Positions 1-9,277 of a stretch of DNA of 64,000 nt are shown here, in pieces. Below the pieces are notes generated by a model. It ran no database searches. It was not told the origin of the DNA and saw only the letters and a list, made by a program, of their open reading frames with translations. The position numbers and the translations under genes were made by a program. Source of the stretch: Chloroflexota bacterium (GTDB lineage: Bacteria > Chloroflexota > Anaerolineae > JAAEKA01); NCBI GenBank assembly GCA_034717495.1, contig JAYELL010000031.1:19669-83668 (forward strand), written 5' to 3'. Position 1 is the stretch's first letter, and each line of letters opens with the position of its first letter.

Positions 1-932
1 ACGATCTGGGCACGCCGATCTCTCTGCTTTTCCCATTTTCGGCCACATGGTACCGAAACCGGGGCTACGGCATGGCAAACTTCAACCGCTACATCGAGAT
101 TCCACCCCGCCTGATTCCCGACTATCCGGAACGTTTGCTCGTGCGCCGCGCAAGGCCGGGAGACCGCTCCAATATGCGTATTCTCTATGAAAACTCCCTT
201 GGCGATCCCCGCAACAACGGCTGGTTATCGCGGGGCGACTGGGAGTGGGAAAACCGGCTCTGGTCCAAAGAGGACTACGAGATAGTTGTGTATGAAGGCA
301 ACGCCGGGGTAGAGGGCTACCTGGTTTACTGGCTGGTCTGGAATGACGACATGAGCCAGGCCAAGGTGATCGAATGGGTATGGCAGAACGACGAGGCCTG
401 GCGGGGGTTGGCAGGATTTCTCTCGGCACTGGGGGACCAGTTCCGGACTGTGGCAATGAACGCGGCTGCCCATGAACCCCTGCTGACGGCGCTTTCTCCC
501 CCCTACGACCCGAGCACCGGTACAGTGGAGTTTGTCTTCTTTCCCAATTCCCGGGTGATCAGCGGCTTTATGCTCCGCGTTGTGCATATAAAAAACGCCC
601 TGCGGCAACGATCCTTTCCCCCCGATGTGACTGCCCACTTCCACCTTTCGATCGAGGACGCTCAACTGCCGGGAAACACCCGGCCACTGTGTGTTCACAT
701 CGCCGACGGCAGTGCCGGCGTACAGGAACTGGACGGTTCCCCGCCCGCCGAAGAGAGGCAGTTAATGGTGGAAACCGACATTGCCACGTTCAGCGAACTC
801 TACACCGGTCTGGTGAGCGCTGAGCAGGCAAGAACGGTGGGCCGACTCCTTGCGACCGACGATGTTTGCAATAAACTTACGTCGTCTTTCCGGACAGCCC
901 CACTGAACATGTGGCCCACCGATTGGTTTTGA
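1..932 (+). CDS. GNAT N-acetyltransferase, Eis-like with SCP2-like C-terminal domain (5' end outside window)
   Basis: ORF track starts at ATG 72, but the same frame is open back to nt 3 (DLGTPISLLFPFSATWYRNRGYG-MANFNRY...). The FPFS..WYRNRGY segment looks like the end of a GNAT acetyl-CoA-binding fold. The following ~280 aa resemble the Eis-type C-terminal extension. The gene is therefore truncated by the window edge. Confidence 0.6.
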   Translation, partial: DLGTPISLLFPFSATWYRNRGYGMANFNRYIEIPPRLIPDYPERLLVRRARPGDRSNMRILYENSLGDPRNNGWLSRGDWEWENRLWSKEDYEIVVYEGNAGVEGYLVYWLVWNDDMSQAKVIEWVWQNDEAWRGLAGFLSALGDQFRTVAMNAAAHEPLLTALSPPYDPSTGTVEFVFFPNSRVISGFMLRVVHIKNALRQRSFPPDVTAHFHLSIEDAQLPGNTRPLCVHIADGSAGVQELDGSPPAEERQLMVETDIATFSELYTGLVSAEQARTVGRLLATDDVCNKLTSSFRTAPLNMWPTDWF

Positions 933-939
933 GCGGCGG

Positions 940-1745
940 TCGGTATTCGGTAAACGGTATTCGGTAATCCGATGGGATTCGACACGGTTCTGGATCGGGT
1001 TACCGATTACTGGTCACGGATGACCTGAAGCGGTGGCCGGTAAACGGTAAACGGTAATCGGTAATCGGTATTCGGTAATCCGATGGGATTCGACGCGGTT
1101 CCGGATCGGGTTACCGATTACTGGTCACGGATGACCTGAAGCGGTGGCCGGTAAACGGTAATCGGTAATCGGTATTCGGTAATCCGATGGGATTCGACGC
1201 GGTTCCGGATCGGGTTACCGATTACTGGTCACGGATGACCTGAAGCGGTAATCGGTATTCGGTAATCCGATGGGATTCGACACGGTTCTGGATCGGATTA
1301 CGGATTACCGGTCACGGGTTACCCTTCCGGTGTTCGGTAAACGGTATTCGGTAATCCGATGGGATTCGACACGGTTCCGGATCGGATTACGGATTACCGG
1401 TCACGGGTTACCCTTCCGGTGTTCGGTAATCCGATGGGATTCGACACGGTTCTGGATCGGATTACGGATTACCGGTCACGGGTTACCCTTCCGGTGTTCG
1501 GTAATCCGATGGGATTCGACACGGTTCTGGATCGGATTACGGATTACCGGTCACGGGTTACCCTTCCGGTGTTCGGTAAACGGTGTTCGGTAATCCGATG
1601 GGATTCGACACGGTTCCGGATCGGATTACCGGTTACCGGTCACGGGTTACCCTTCCGGTAAACGGTATTCGGTAATCCGATGGGATTCGACGCGGTTCCG
1701 GATCGGGTTACCGGTTACCGGTCACGGATGACCCGAAGCGGCGGT
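940..1745. repeat. Nine-copy tandem array of a 75-111 bp hairpin-containing unit
   Basis: Core GGTAATCCGATGGGATTCGAC[A/G]CGGTTC[T/C]GGATCGG starts at 963, 1074, 1178, 1261, 1350, 1425, 1500, 1589 and 1671. Two unit variants: A (copies 1-3 and 9, ...GTTACCGATTACTGGTCACGGATGACCTGAAGCGG) and B (copies 4-8, ...ATTACGGATTACCGGTCACGGGTTACCCTTCCGGTGTTC). Length differences come from a variable number of CGGTAWW heptamers between units. Each unit can form a 10-11 bp stem (GTAATCCGAT / ATCGG[A/G]TTAC) with a 20-nt loop. Lies between convergent genes ending at 932 and 1765. Confidence 0.95.
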
Positions 1746-1764
1746 CCTCGGTTGGCGGTCAACC

Positions 1765-4700
1765 TTATGGTGTCCAGTCGCTCGCCACGATTTGAATGTC
1801 GTTGACGTCCACGTCGCCATCGCAATCCACATCGTGGGCCATGGTGTAGGCCGGGTTGTTGAAGTCCCCGGCCACCAGCTGGATATCGACAATGTCGACG
1901 CTGCCTGATCCGTTGACATCGGTCATGCCGGCGATGCAGGCCACCTCGAAGGCTCCCATATCGTAATCGGAACCTGCCGGCCGGGCCACATTGTCCAGAT
2001 CCGGGGAGTCTCCTCCAGGGCAGGCATCAATGGCCGGTGAGCCGACTCCCAGCCGGTAGTCGCCGCGCGGCGTGGCGGTAAACAGGGGGTCCTCGCTGAT
2101 GTTGCCGGGACCGGTTAGCGCGCCACCTTGCGTGTCGTTGCAGGCTGCCGTAGCCAGGGGGGTGATGATGCCGAAAGAGCCGTTGTTCCAGACGATATTG
2201 TTGTCGAAGGTGCCGGAGGTGCCGGCCGCAAAGTATACGGCGTGACTTATGTTGTCGGCAAAGGTGTTGTGCAGGGCATGAAGTTCCGCCGACGGCCCTA
2301 CCCCTCCGACATCGTAGAGGTGCACGGTGCTGTCATTGATGCCGCTGGCCACATTGTCCCTGATCAGGCTGTTTTCCAGTGCCAGTATGCTGTCATAGAG
2401 TTCAACGGCCGATGCCTGACTGGCCGTATTGCCCAGGAAGGCTGCATGGGATACCAGCCCCGTGCTTTCGCCTTCCATGTGAATGGCGCCCCCTTTGTCG
2501 CCGGCATCGTTGGTCCTGAACTCCGTGCAATAGTGGTCGGCGGGCAGTGCAGATGGATCACATATGACAGGAACCAGGACACGGTTGGTCGGGGAGGCGG
2601 GTGGGGCCTCCACGGGGGCTGGCATGGTCGATGATATCTGGATACCGCTCCCATTTTCGGCGGCGATGCCACCGCCGTTGTCTCCCGCCTGATTGTTGCG
2701 CACCAGGGTGTTTGCCATGAACAAGTCGCTGTCGTCCAGATAGATACCGCCACCGTCGCCGGCGGGCGCTTCATTGCCATTGACGGCACCGCCGATCTGG
2801 GCACCTTCCACCCGGACCGAAGCACTGTCCAGCGCATAGATGCCTCCGCCATTGCCTGTTAGCGCAGTGTTGGTCCATATCTCGGGGATGCGCGTGTTGT
2901 TTTCGTCGTCCAGCCAGAGGGTGGCGCCGCCATCGAGATAGATTCCGCCGCCGTGGTTGTCCGCCTGGTTGCTGCCCATCTGGAGCCAGCCCCAGGAGTC
3001 GACAAGGCCACCACCTGAGGCAAAGATCCCGCCGCCGTTCGCCTGGGCGGTGTTGCTGTTGATCTGAAGACGATAGTCGGAGAGGGCACGAAGCTCAAGG
3101 GTGTTCGAGTTGTCGTAGTAGATCCCACCACCGTTGCCTCCGGCTTGATTGACGCCGACGTAACCTGGCTGGTTGACTGCCTCCACGCGCAGGGTTCCAT
3201 CCAGGTTGTAGATACCACCGCCATGGCTACCGGCCTCGTTCCAACGAATATCGGAATCCAGGATCACCAGCTCTCCGCCAGTCTGGGAAATGGCGCCACC
3301 CATGTGGGCCGCCTGGTTGTATTGCAGGACCGCGTTGTTCAGGTTCGCGCTTCCCTTGCCAATTCCCAGTCCGCCGCCGGAAACGCCATTGGCCCAGTTA
3401 TAGCTTAGGCTGGCGCCGCTGTGGATAGTCAGGGTGCTTTGCCCCCAAAGCCGGATTGCACCGAAATAACCGCTGGCGACGTTGTTGTCTACGGAACTGT
3501 CGTCCACCGACACATCGGCGTTGTCGTCCAGAATGTAGATGCCGCCGCCCAGGTCGCCGGTCAGGTTGTTGTCGATGTGGCTGCCGTTCTGGATGGTCAC
3601 TGTTGGTCCCGCAGCTGGGGCATTTCCGTCCCCCTCCACCGGGGGCGACTCTCCTTCGACAAAGATGCCGCCACCCCGGTCGGTGGCCTCGTTGTCCGCC
3701 ACCAGGGAGCTGCTAATGGTAACGGAGGCACCTCCGGCCACATAGATTCCCCCGCCTCGATAGCTGGCGAAATTGTGCTGAACACCGCTGACGCCATACA
3801 TCGCCAACGTGGTGCCAGGATCGGTCAGGAATATCCCGCCACCGTTGACGGCGTCATTGTTGGCAGTCTCAAATACGTATCCGATATCGGCGCTATCATA
3901 GAGTGACACATCGGCCCCGTCGAAAGCATATACCCCTCCACCGTCATTGGCCGCCACGTTGGATCGGATCCTGCTTGTGTCGTGCATTTGCAGTTCGCCC
4001 CCATCCATGTAGACTCCGCCGCCAAGGTCGGCCGATTCGTTGGGGTCCAGGTAATCGCCGACCCGGCTGTCGTTGCGCATGATCAATGTGGCGTCTTGCA
4101 GCGCAACGCCGCTACCGTCGCCGGAGCCGGTCGTAACATTCTGTTCGATCTTGCTGCCGTTGATCAGCTCCACAGTGCCAGTGGTGTAGACCCGGAGCCC
4201 ACCGCCTTTATTGCTGGCGGACCCATAGGTCAGGTCTGTGTTGTCGAGGATCACCGTGCTGCCACTATCGACGTAGAGAATGCCGCCCAGGGGGTTTGTG
4301 CCGTCGGTCAACCGCAGATTGGCCAGCGTCACGTCGGTGTTAGGGGCCACGTAGGCGACGCGATCGACGTCGTTAGCATCTATTGTGACCCCCCCGGTGG
4401 AATCGCTCAGGCAGTCGCCGGTAGCCGCTGTCAGGGTCAGGTCTGTGTCGATCGTTCCCAGGACCTCAGGATAGGTGCCAGGGGCGATGTAGATCGTATC
4501 GCCTGGACTGGCGGCGGCGATAGCGCCGGTAATCGTGTTGTACTGGCAGAGGGCGCCGTTGAGGCCTACGAAGGCGTAGGCCTCGTCGGCACCTGCATCG
4601 TAGTCGCCGCTGATACGCTCTTCACAGTTGTAGCAGACCAGGCTGAAGTGCTGATCGGTGGGATCGCCGTTGAAGTAATAGGCGTCGCCATTGATGAATT

Positions 4701-7700
4701 CAGCCTCGACCCGTACCGTGTACACGCCGGTCAACGGCGCCTGGATCCAGACGTTCTCCACGTTGTTGAGATCATCGTCCACCGCACCGGTGGCGCTCCA
4801 GCCGTTGCTGCCGAAGCGGTTGCCATACCAGGTAGTGCCATTGGGGGCCACCACGCGCAGGTCCAGGTCGTTGACACGGGCCGGATTGGCGCCAGCAGCT
4901 CCAGGTGCATCGGACCAGACCAGGGTGATGCGCAGTGGCTGGCCGGTGTCGTTGACCTCGATCTCTCGGCTCCAGCTCTGGCCGCTGGCGGTCAACAGAT
5001 CGGGATTCTGATAGTATTGCACAGCAACCTCAGGGTTGAGCATCCGGTCCAGGTTGGCGCGGCCCCAGCCCTGATGGTCATCAGGCCGGCTACCCATGAC
5101 ATTGCCCCAGCCGTCGTCGCCGCCGGCCAGGTCGTCGGTGGTGTTGACCAGCGCTGCCTTGACCATGGAAGGCATGGGATTGATGCTGGTGTCGTTGCGA
5201 AGCCGCCAGAACTCGGTGAAGAGCGCCGCCGCGCCAGCCATGGCCGGCGACGACATGCTGGTGCCCGAGCAGTAGGAATGTTGTGTGGAATTGCCCGGGG
5301 ACGTAGCGCAGGTGATGTCGATCTGGCCGCCAGCCGTGACCACCCGGTTTTCCGTGCTGATGATGTAGGCGCCTGGTGCCATGATATTGGGCAGCAGGCG
5401 GCCATCGATGGCAGGTCCCCGGCTGCTGGAGGAACGCAGGGAGTCGATATCGCCGGTCAAACCCCCGGCCATATCGGACCGCCGGCTAAGACTGTTGCCG
5501 GTGACGATCAGGTTTTTGGCCTCCTTGGGTTCGGTGATCGAGCTCATGCAGGGACCGGGACAGTCGTCACCCGAGTTGCCGGCGGAGAAGACCGTCAAAA
5601 ACAGGTCGCGCACGTTGCCGTTATCGTCGATAGCATCCAAAACGTAGTCGTCCAGGTTGGCAGCATTGAGGGTGTAGCCGGCACCGTAGTTCCCGATGGT
5701 CCAGGAGTTGTTGCTCAGGTCCGCGTTGTCGGCCGAGTCGTAGACCCGCTGATAGATGGAAACATCGGCGGGACGATCCTCGGCAATGGCATCCTGGGCG
5801 TGCAGGGTGGCGCCGGGCGCAATGCCCAGGCCATAAACGAAGCCATCGCCGTCGGCTGTAGCCGAGCCTCCGTCACCGGCCACAATACCGGCCACGTGGG
5901 TGCCATGCCCGGATCCCCTGCCATTATGGTTCAGATCTGGCGCGCCGTCCGATCCCGGCTCGCCTGGCTCGCTGTAGCCACCGTAGTCGGTGCCGGACAC
6001 CACGTTGAGATCAGGATGATCCCAATCAACTCCGGTGTCTACCACTGCCACAGTTACCTCCCTGCCGCGATAACCGGTGGCGTCCAGCCAGTCGGCGTAA
6101 CCTGTCTCAGGTTCGCCGCCTGGCGCGTTGTCAGCGATAATCTGGTTGGACCGTTCATCGTCGATCTCGGAGGGGAACTGCAGGTCAACGACGATGGTCT
6201 GGGCCAGCCGCGCCAGGTCGATAACCCGATCGGCCGCCAGGCTGAATTCAAGGACTGCCATCTGTCCCTGCTCGCCCATGACATGCCGGGGTGCCCTGGT
6301 GAAGATCTCTCCTCCCCAGGAAGCGATTGCCTGTTCCACCTCGGCCAGTCGACCGTCGTCGTAGAAAAGGGCCTGGAGAAAGGGCAGCGTTTCGTCGCCG
6401 GCCAGACTGCGCGCTTCGTTCAGCCTCCCGGTTATTCTATATGCCGTATGAAACTCGCCTGTCCAGCGCACGTTTGGCCATTCCAGCGCGCGATGGAGGT
6501 CCCGCGGACTGCTCCAGAGCAGAAACGCGTTGAAGGGGAAATATTGAAGGATCACCCCTGTCGCCTGCAGCCAGTCGATGTCTTGCTCAGTGGCCGGCGC
6601 CCGCAGTTGGACCAGGAAGAGTCCCTCGCCTTCTGGATTGCGGGCTGACCCATGCAGCAGATCGGTGGAACTGACAGGCTCTCCATCCCGTACCGGATCG
6701 AAGGAGAAGCGGTCGAAGCTGATGACTGCCATGTTTTCGACCTGGTCGAAGGCAACGTCTGATCCGGCAAGCCGGTCAAAGGCCGCCTGATCAAGATCGA
6801 GCCAAAGGTAGGCAGGGTAGACCACCGAGCGAAGCAGGCCGTCAGACAGGTCCACCTGGGCCAGCTTTGCCAGTTCCGAGCGGTCGATGCGTACGCTGTG
6901 GCTCAGCCTTGCAGTGAGTTCGTCCGGATCGAATTCCGCGCCGGTTGGCAGGACATTGGTGACGCCAGGGACATCATAGGGCCGGACCTCGTAATCGATA
7001 TCCCGGGAGAAACCGCTGTCGCAGTGATCGACGGCGGGCGAGTCGCGTCGGATGTGGTAGTTGCCATTGGCGGGGTCGAGGAATTGGGGATCTTGCACTT
7101 CGTTCTTGTTGCCAGGGAAATCCACTTGCAGAATAGAGCAATCGATGGTGGTGTCGCCCGGGCCGGCCACCAGGGCACTACCGGTGTTGTCCCAGACAAC
7201 CAGGGCATCCGCGTCGAGCCGGGCCGATGTGTTGATTCCGAAGGCTCCCTCCGAGTGTCCACTATTTCCCGCCACCGTGCTGCTGCGAACCCAGGCTGTG
7301 GGCGCGCCGCCTGCGAAGTTATGGAGCCTGAAGGCATAATCGCTGCCGGCGTGGCCACCGGTCAGCATGGCGCTGTCCACGAGTACTCTCGTGCCGTCGC
7401 CGCGGCCGTAGATGCCGCTGCCCAGGCTGCCTGCCTGATTGCCCTCCACATACACCGACTCCAGGTCCAACTTGGCGCCGGCGGCGACAAAGGCACCGCC
7501 GCCGTGGGCGCTGGTCGACGTGTTGTCATTCAACTGGGCACATCTGGCCTCGCCACAGAAATAGGCATCGCTGCTGTCCAGGTCGACGGTGGTGCCCGAG
7601 CCGGTGCCGTAGACACCGCCGCCACTGCTGCCGGAAGTGTTTTCGTTGATCGCTCCATTGTCTACCCATACATCGCTGCCGCTGGCAAGGTAGAGGCCGC

Positions 7701-9183
7701 CGCCGTACGTGGTCGCCCGATTTCCCGCCACGCGGGCTTTGCCACCTCTAAGATCGATTCGGCTGGCGTTGATCGCGTAGACGCCGCCGCCGTTGCTGGC
7801 GCTGTTGTCGATGACTCCCGCCATGGAGGCGCCCGAATTGCCATCCAGGAGGAGATCGCAGTTGTCCAGATAGAGACCGCCGCCGTTGCCGTCCGCGTCG
7901 TTGCCAAAGGACGCGAAGAGCCAGAATCCGATGAAGGAGTCGCCCCTCACTTCGATAGAGGAATCGCTGCAGTAGACCCCTCCCCCGTCCCCGGTAGAGG
8001 TGTTTTTCAGCAATCCCGATTGGTCGTCCAGGATCAATGTCGTATCGGGCTCCATGAAGACGCCGCCGCCCTGATCGGAGGTATTCTCGCTGACCGTTGT
8101 GCGCTGCAGTTCGACCTGATGGCCATCGCTCAGTTCGATTCCACCCCCGTGGTTGGAGTCGGTCTCGCCGCCGGTGATCTGGAACAGATCGATGATCACG
8201 CTCACCGATCCAGGGGTGCCGCCATAGATCTCAAAGATACTATCGCCCTGACCAGTGCCATCCAGCACGGTGGCACTCGTTCCCTGGGTCGTGCAGGTGC
8301 TGTCATATCCACCTTTGATGGTCAACGATTTACTGTTGATATTGACGGTGGCGGCGCTTCCGGTATAGGTGCGGCCCTCTACCCGGATGATGTCACCGGA
8401 GTTGGCGGCATCGACCGCAGACTGGAGCGTCGAATAGGTGCAACTGTCGCCCACCGTGCGAACTGCCTGGGGACCCCGGTAATCCGGATCGCCGGCAGGG
8501 GTATTCGACTCCTCGACCGCCGGTTGGGAGACCAGGGCCAGGAGTCGACTGGCAGCTTCCTGTTGTATCAGATCTGAACGCCTGGCCTCATCCTCGATGG
8601 CCTGTTGCAGTTCGAGTTCAGCGGAAACTGGACCCTGGGAAACTATCTGCGATCGTTCAGGCGGGGGAAGCGTGGCGCGGGCAAACCGGGCCACCTGGAA
8701 CAACCTGATCAGGGGAATCTCCTCAACGATATCCGCAAATGCCTGCCAGTCGCGGGCGCTGTGGGCCGCTTCGATTCGATCCCAGAGTGGATCCTGCTGG
8801 CTGTGCGCCGGGACTGCCCTTTCATCGGGGGTTCGCTGGGTTTCGGGGTTGTCGGTCTCGCCTGATTCGGGCGGTCTGGCAAATGTGCGACGCTGGTTCT
8901 TGGCGGCCAGTGCCTCCAGGTGAGCCGGCCATTCGTCGGCCAGTTGCCGATCGATATCCTCTGCCGGTACCCCAGCGTCGAGCATTTCCTGGACCAATTG
9001 GGGATCAAGGTCTCCTGGGGCCGGCAAATTCGTGACGGCTGAATCGGGCCCCTGTTGCGGGGCCTGCGCAGGTGTTGAGGCTGCGCCAGCGCCCAGCGGG
9101 GCGACCAGGGATGCAAGCAACGAAAACAGGACGAGCCAGACGAGCAACTGAGAACTTCTGTGTTTGCGCGTGCGCGTCGACAT
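1765..9183 (-). CDS. Giant secreted multidomain protein: beta-helix (Pmp-like GGGxY repeats), internal subtilase S8 with P-domain, second beta-helix block, C-terminal dockerin-like module
   Basis: 2472-aa ORF. Signal-like N-terminus MSTRTRKHRSSQLLVWLVLFSLLASLVAPLGAGAAS. About 20 GGG[IVL][YF] repeats in two blocks, each ending in a DP(Q/L)F...G(N/D)Y(H/R)...SPA(V/I)D cap typical of right-handed parallel beta-helices. Subtilase motifs lie in the middle and a dockerin-like end at the C-terminus. Confidence 0.9.
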   Translation of the reverse strand: MSTRTRKHRSSQLLVWLVLFSLLASLVAPLGAGAASTPAQAPQQGPDSAVTNLPAPGDLDPQLVQEMLDAGVPAEDIDRQLADEWPAHLEALAAKNQRRTFARPPESGETDNPETQRTPDERAVPAHSQQDPLWDRIEAAHSARDWQAFADIVEEIPLIRLFQVARFARATLPPPERSQIVSQGPVSAELELQQAIEDEARRSDLIQQEAASRLLALVSQPAVEESNTPAGDPDYRGPQAVRTVGDSCTYSTLQSAVDAANSGDIIRVEGRTYTGSAATVNINSKSLTIKGGYDSTCTTQGTSATVLDGTGQGDSIFEIYGGTPGSVSVIIDLFQITGGETDSNHGGGIELSDGHQVELQRTTVSENTSDQGGGVFMEPDTTLILDDQSGLLKNTSTGDGGGVYCSDSSIEVRGDSFIGFWLFASFGNDADGNGGGLYLDNCDLLLDGNSGASMAGVIDNSASNGGGVYAINASRIDLRGGKARVAGNRATTYGGGLYLASGSDVWVDNGAINENTSGSSGGGVYGTGSGTTVDLDSSDAYFCGEARCAQLNDNTSTSAHGGGAFVAAGAKLDLESVYVEGNQAGSLGSGIYGRGDGTRVLVDSAMLTGGHAGSDYAFRLHNFAGGAPTAWVRSSTVAGNSGHSEGAFGINTSARLDADALVVWDNTGSALVAGPGDTTIDCSILQVDFPGNKNEVQDPQFLDPANGNYHIRRDSPAVDHCDSGFSRDIDYEVRPYDVPGVTNVLPTGAEFDPDELTARLSHSVRIDRSELAKLAQVDLSDGLLRSVVYPAYLWLDLDQAAFDRLAGSDVAFDQVENMAVISFDRFSFDPVRDGEPVSSTDLLHGSARNPEGEGLFLVQLRAPATEQDIDWLQATGVILQYFPFNAFLLWSSPRDLHRALEWPNVRWTGEFHTAYRITGRLNEARSLAGDETLPFLQALFYDDGRLAEVEQAIASWGGEIFTRAPRHVMGEQGQMAVLEFSLAADRVIDLARLAQTIVVDLQFPSEIDDERSNQIIADNAPGGEPETGYADWLDATGYRGREVTVAVVDTGVDWDHPDLNVVSGTDYGGYSEPGEPGSDGAPDLNHNGRGSGHGTHVAGIVAGDGGSATADGDGFVYGLGIAPGATLHAQDAIAEDRPADVSIYQRVYDSADNADLSNNSWTIGNYGAGYTLNAANLDDYVLDAIDDNGNVRDLFLTVFSAGNSGDDCPGPCMSSITEPKEAKNLIVTGNSLSRRSDMAGGLTGDIDSLRSSSSRGPAIDGRLLPNIMAPGAYIISTENRVVTAGGQIDITCATSPGNSTQHSYCSGTSMSSPAMAGAAALFTEFWRLRNDTSINPMPSMVKAALVNTTDDLAGGDDGWGNVMGSRPDDHQGWGRANLDRMLNPEVAVQYYQNPDLLTASGQSWSREIEVNDTGQPLRITLVWSDAPGAAGANPARVNDLDLRVVAPNGTTWYGNRFGSNGWSATGAVDDDLNNVENVWIQAPLTGVYTVRVEAEFINGDAYYFNGDPTDQHFSLVCYNCEERISGDYDAGADEAYAFVGLNGALCQYNTITGAIAAASPGDTIYIAPGTYPEVLGTIDTDLTLTAATGDCLSDSTGGVTIDANDVDRVAYVAPNTDVTLANLRLTDGTNPLGGILYVDSGSTVILDNTDLTYGSASNKGGGLRVYTTGTVELINGSKIEQNVTTGSGDGSGVALQDATLIMRNDSRVGDYLDPNESADLGGGVYMDGGELQMHDTSRIRSNVAANDGGGVYAFDGADVSLYDSADIGYVFETANNDAVNGGGIFLTDPGTTLAMYGVSGVQHNFASYRGGGIYVAGGASVTISSSLVADNEATDRGGGIFVEGESPPVEGDGNAPAAGPTVTIQNGSHIDNNLTGDLGGGIYILDDNADVSVDDSSVDNNVASGYFGAIRLWGQSTLTIHSGASLSYNWANGVSGGGLGIGKGSANLNNAVLQYNQAAHMGGAISQTGGELVILDSDIRWNEAGSHGGGIYNLDGTLRVEAVNQPGYVGVNQAGGNGGGIYYDNSNTLELRALSDYRLQINSNTAQANGGGIFASGGGLVDSWGWLQMGSNQADNHGGGIYLDGGATLWLDDENNTRIPEIWTNTALTGNGGGIYALDSASVRVEGAQIGGAVNGNEAPAGDGGGIYLDDSDLFMANTLVRNNQAGDNGGGIAAENGSGIQISSTMPAPVEAPPASPTNRVLVPVICDPSALPADHYCTEFRTNDAGDKGGAIHMEGESTGLVSHAAFLGNTASQASAVELYDSILALENSLIRDNVASGINDSTVHLYDVGGVGPSAELHALHNTFADNISHAVYFAAGTSGTFDNNIVWNNGSFGIITPLATAACNDTQGGALTGPGNISEDPLFTATPRGDYRLGVGSPAIDACPGGDSPDLDNVARPAGSDYDMGAFEVACIAGMTDVNGSGSVDIVDIQLVAGDFNNPAYTMAHDVDCDGDVDVNDIQIVASDWTP
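1768..1944 (-). other. Dockerin-like C-terminal module of the giant ORF
   Basis: Two EF-hand-like loops: DVNGSGSVDIVDIQLVAGDF and DVDCDGDVDVNDIQIVASDW. This matches the duplicated DxNxDGxxxxxD pattern of type I dockerins. Confidence 0.6.
4990..6060 (-). other. Subtilisin-like S8 peptidase catalytic domain inside the giant ORF
   Basis: Catalytic triad motifs read on the minus strand: VAVVDTG (Asp codon 6037-6039), GHGTHVAG (His codon 5896-5898), GTSMSSPAMAG (Ser codon 5257-5259). Followed (4690-4990) by a P-domain-like segment LRITLVWSDAPG...YTVRVEAEF. Confidence 0.85.
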
Positions 9184-9277
9184 GATGTTTTGGTCCTCCT
9201 TGATGCGGATACACCGGCGATTTGATCGAGCCGGAAGACGCTTGGCGGTGCGGATACGGCGAAAGATATTTTGTTTT

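Noticed and set aside
1270-1661. Track ORFs 1270-1593 and 1359-1661 (repetitive MGFDTVLDRITDYRSRVTLPVFG peptides).
   Set aside because: They are simply translations of the tandem DNA repeat. They overlap each other in different frames, lack an SD, and change frame with repeat-length variation.
940-1745. Possible CRISPR array (regularly spaced ~36-nt conserved core).
   Set aside because: The inter-core segments are themselves repeated (only two variants plus heptamer microsatellites), so there are no unique spacers. Periods are irregular (75-111 nt), and no cas genes or leader are in the window.
963-1745. tRNA-like T-arm resemblance (GGGATTCGAC) in each repeat unit.
   Set aside because: No acceptor, D or anticodon arms can be drawn, and the motif differs from GGTTCGAATCC. 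No tRNA is called.
1768-1944. Inferring a cellulosome from the dockerin-like module.
   Set aside because: No cohesin, scaffoldin or cellulase genes are in the window. A dockerin-like pair of Ca loops alone is insufficient.
3982-8577. Long plus-strand ORFs (3982-6648, 888 aa; 6898-8577, 559 aa) antisense to the giant gene.
   Set aside because: These are typical high-GC shadow ORFs: Ala/Gly/Arg/Val-rich low-complexity translations with no motifs and no SD, while the minus-strand frame has clear subtilase and beta-helix motifs.
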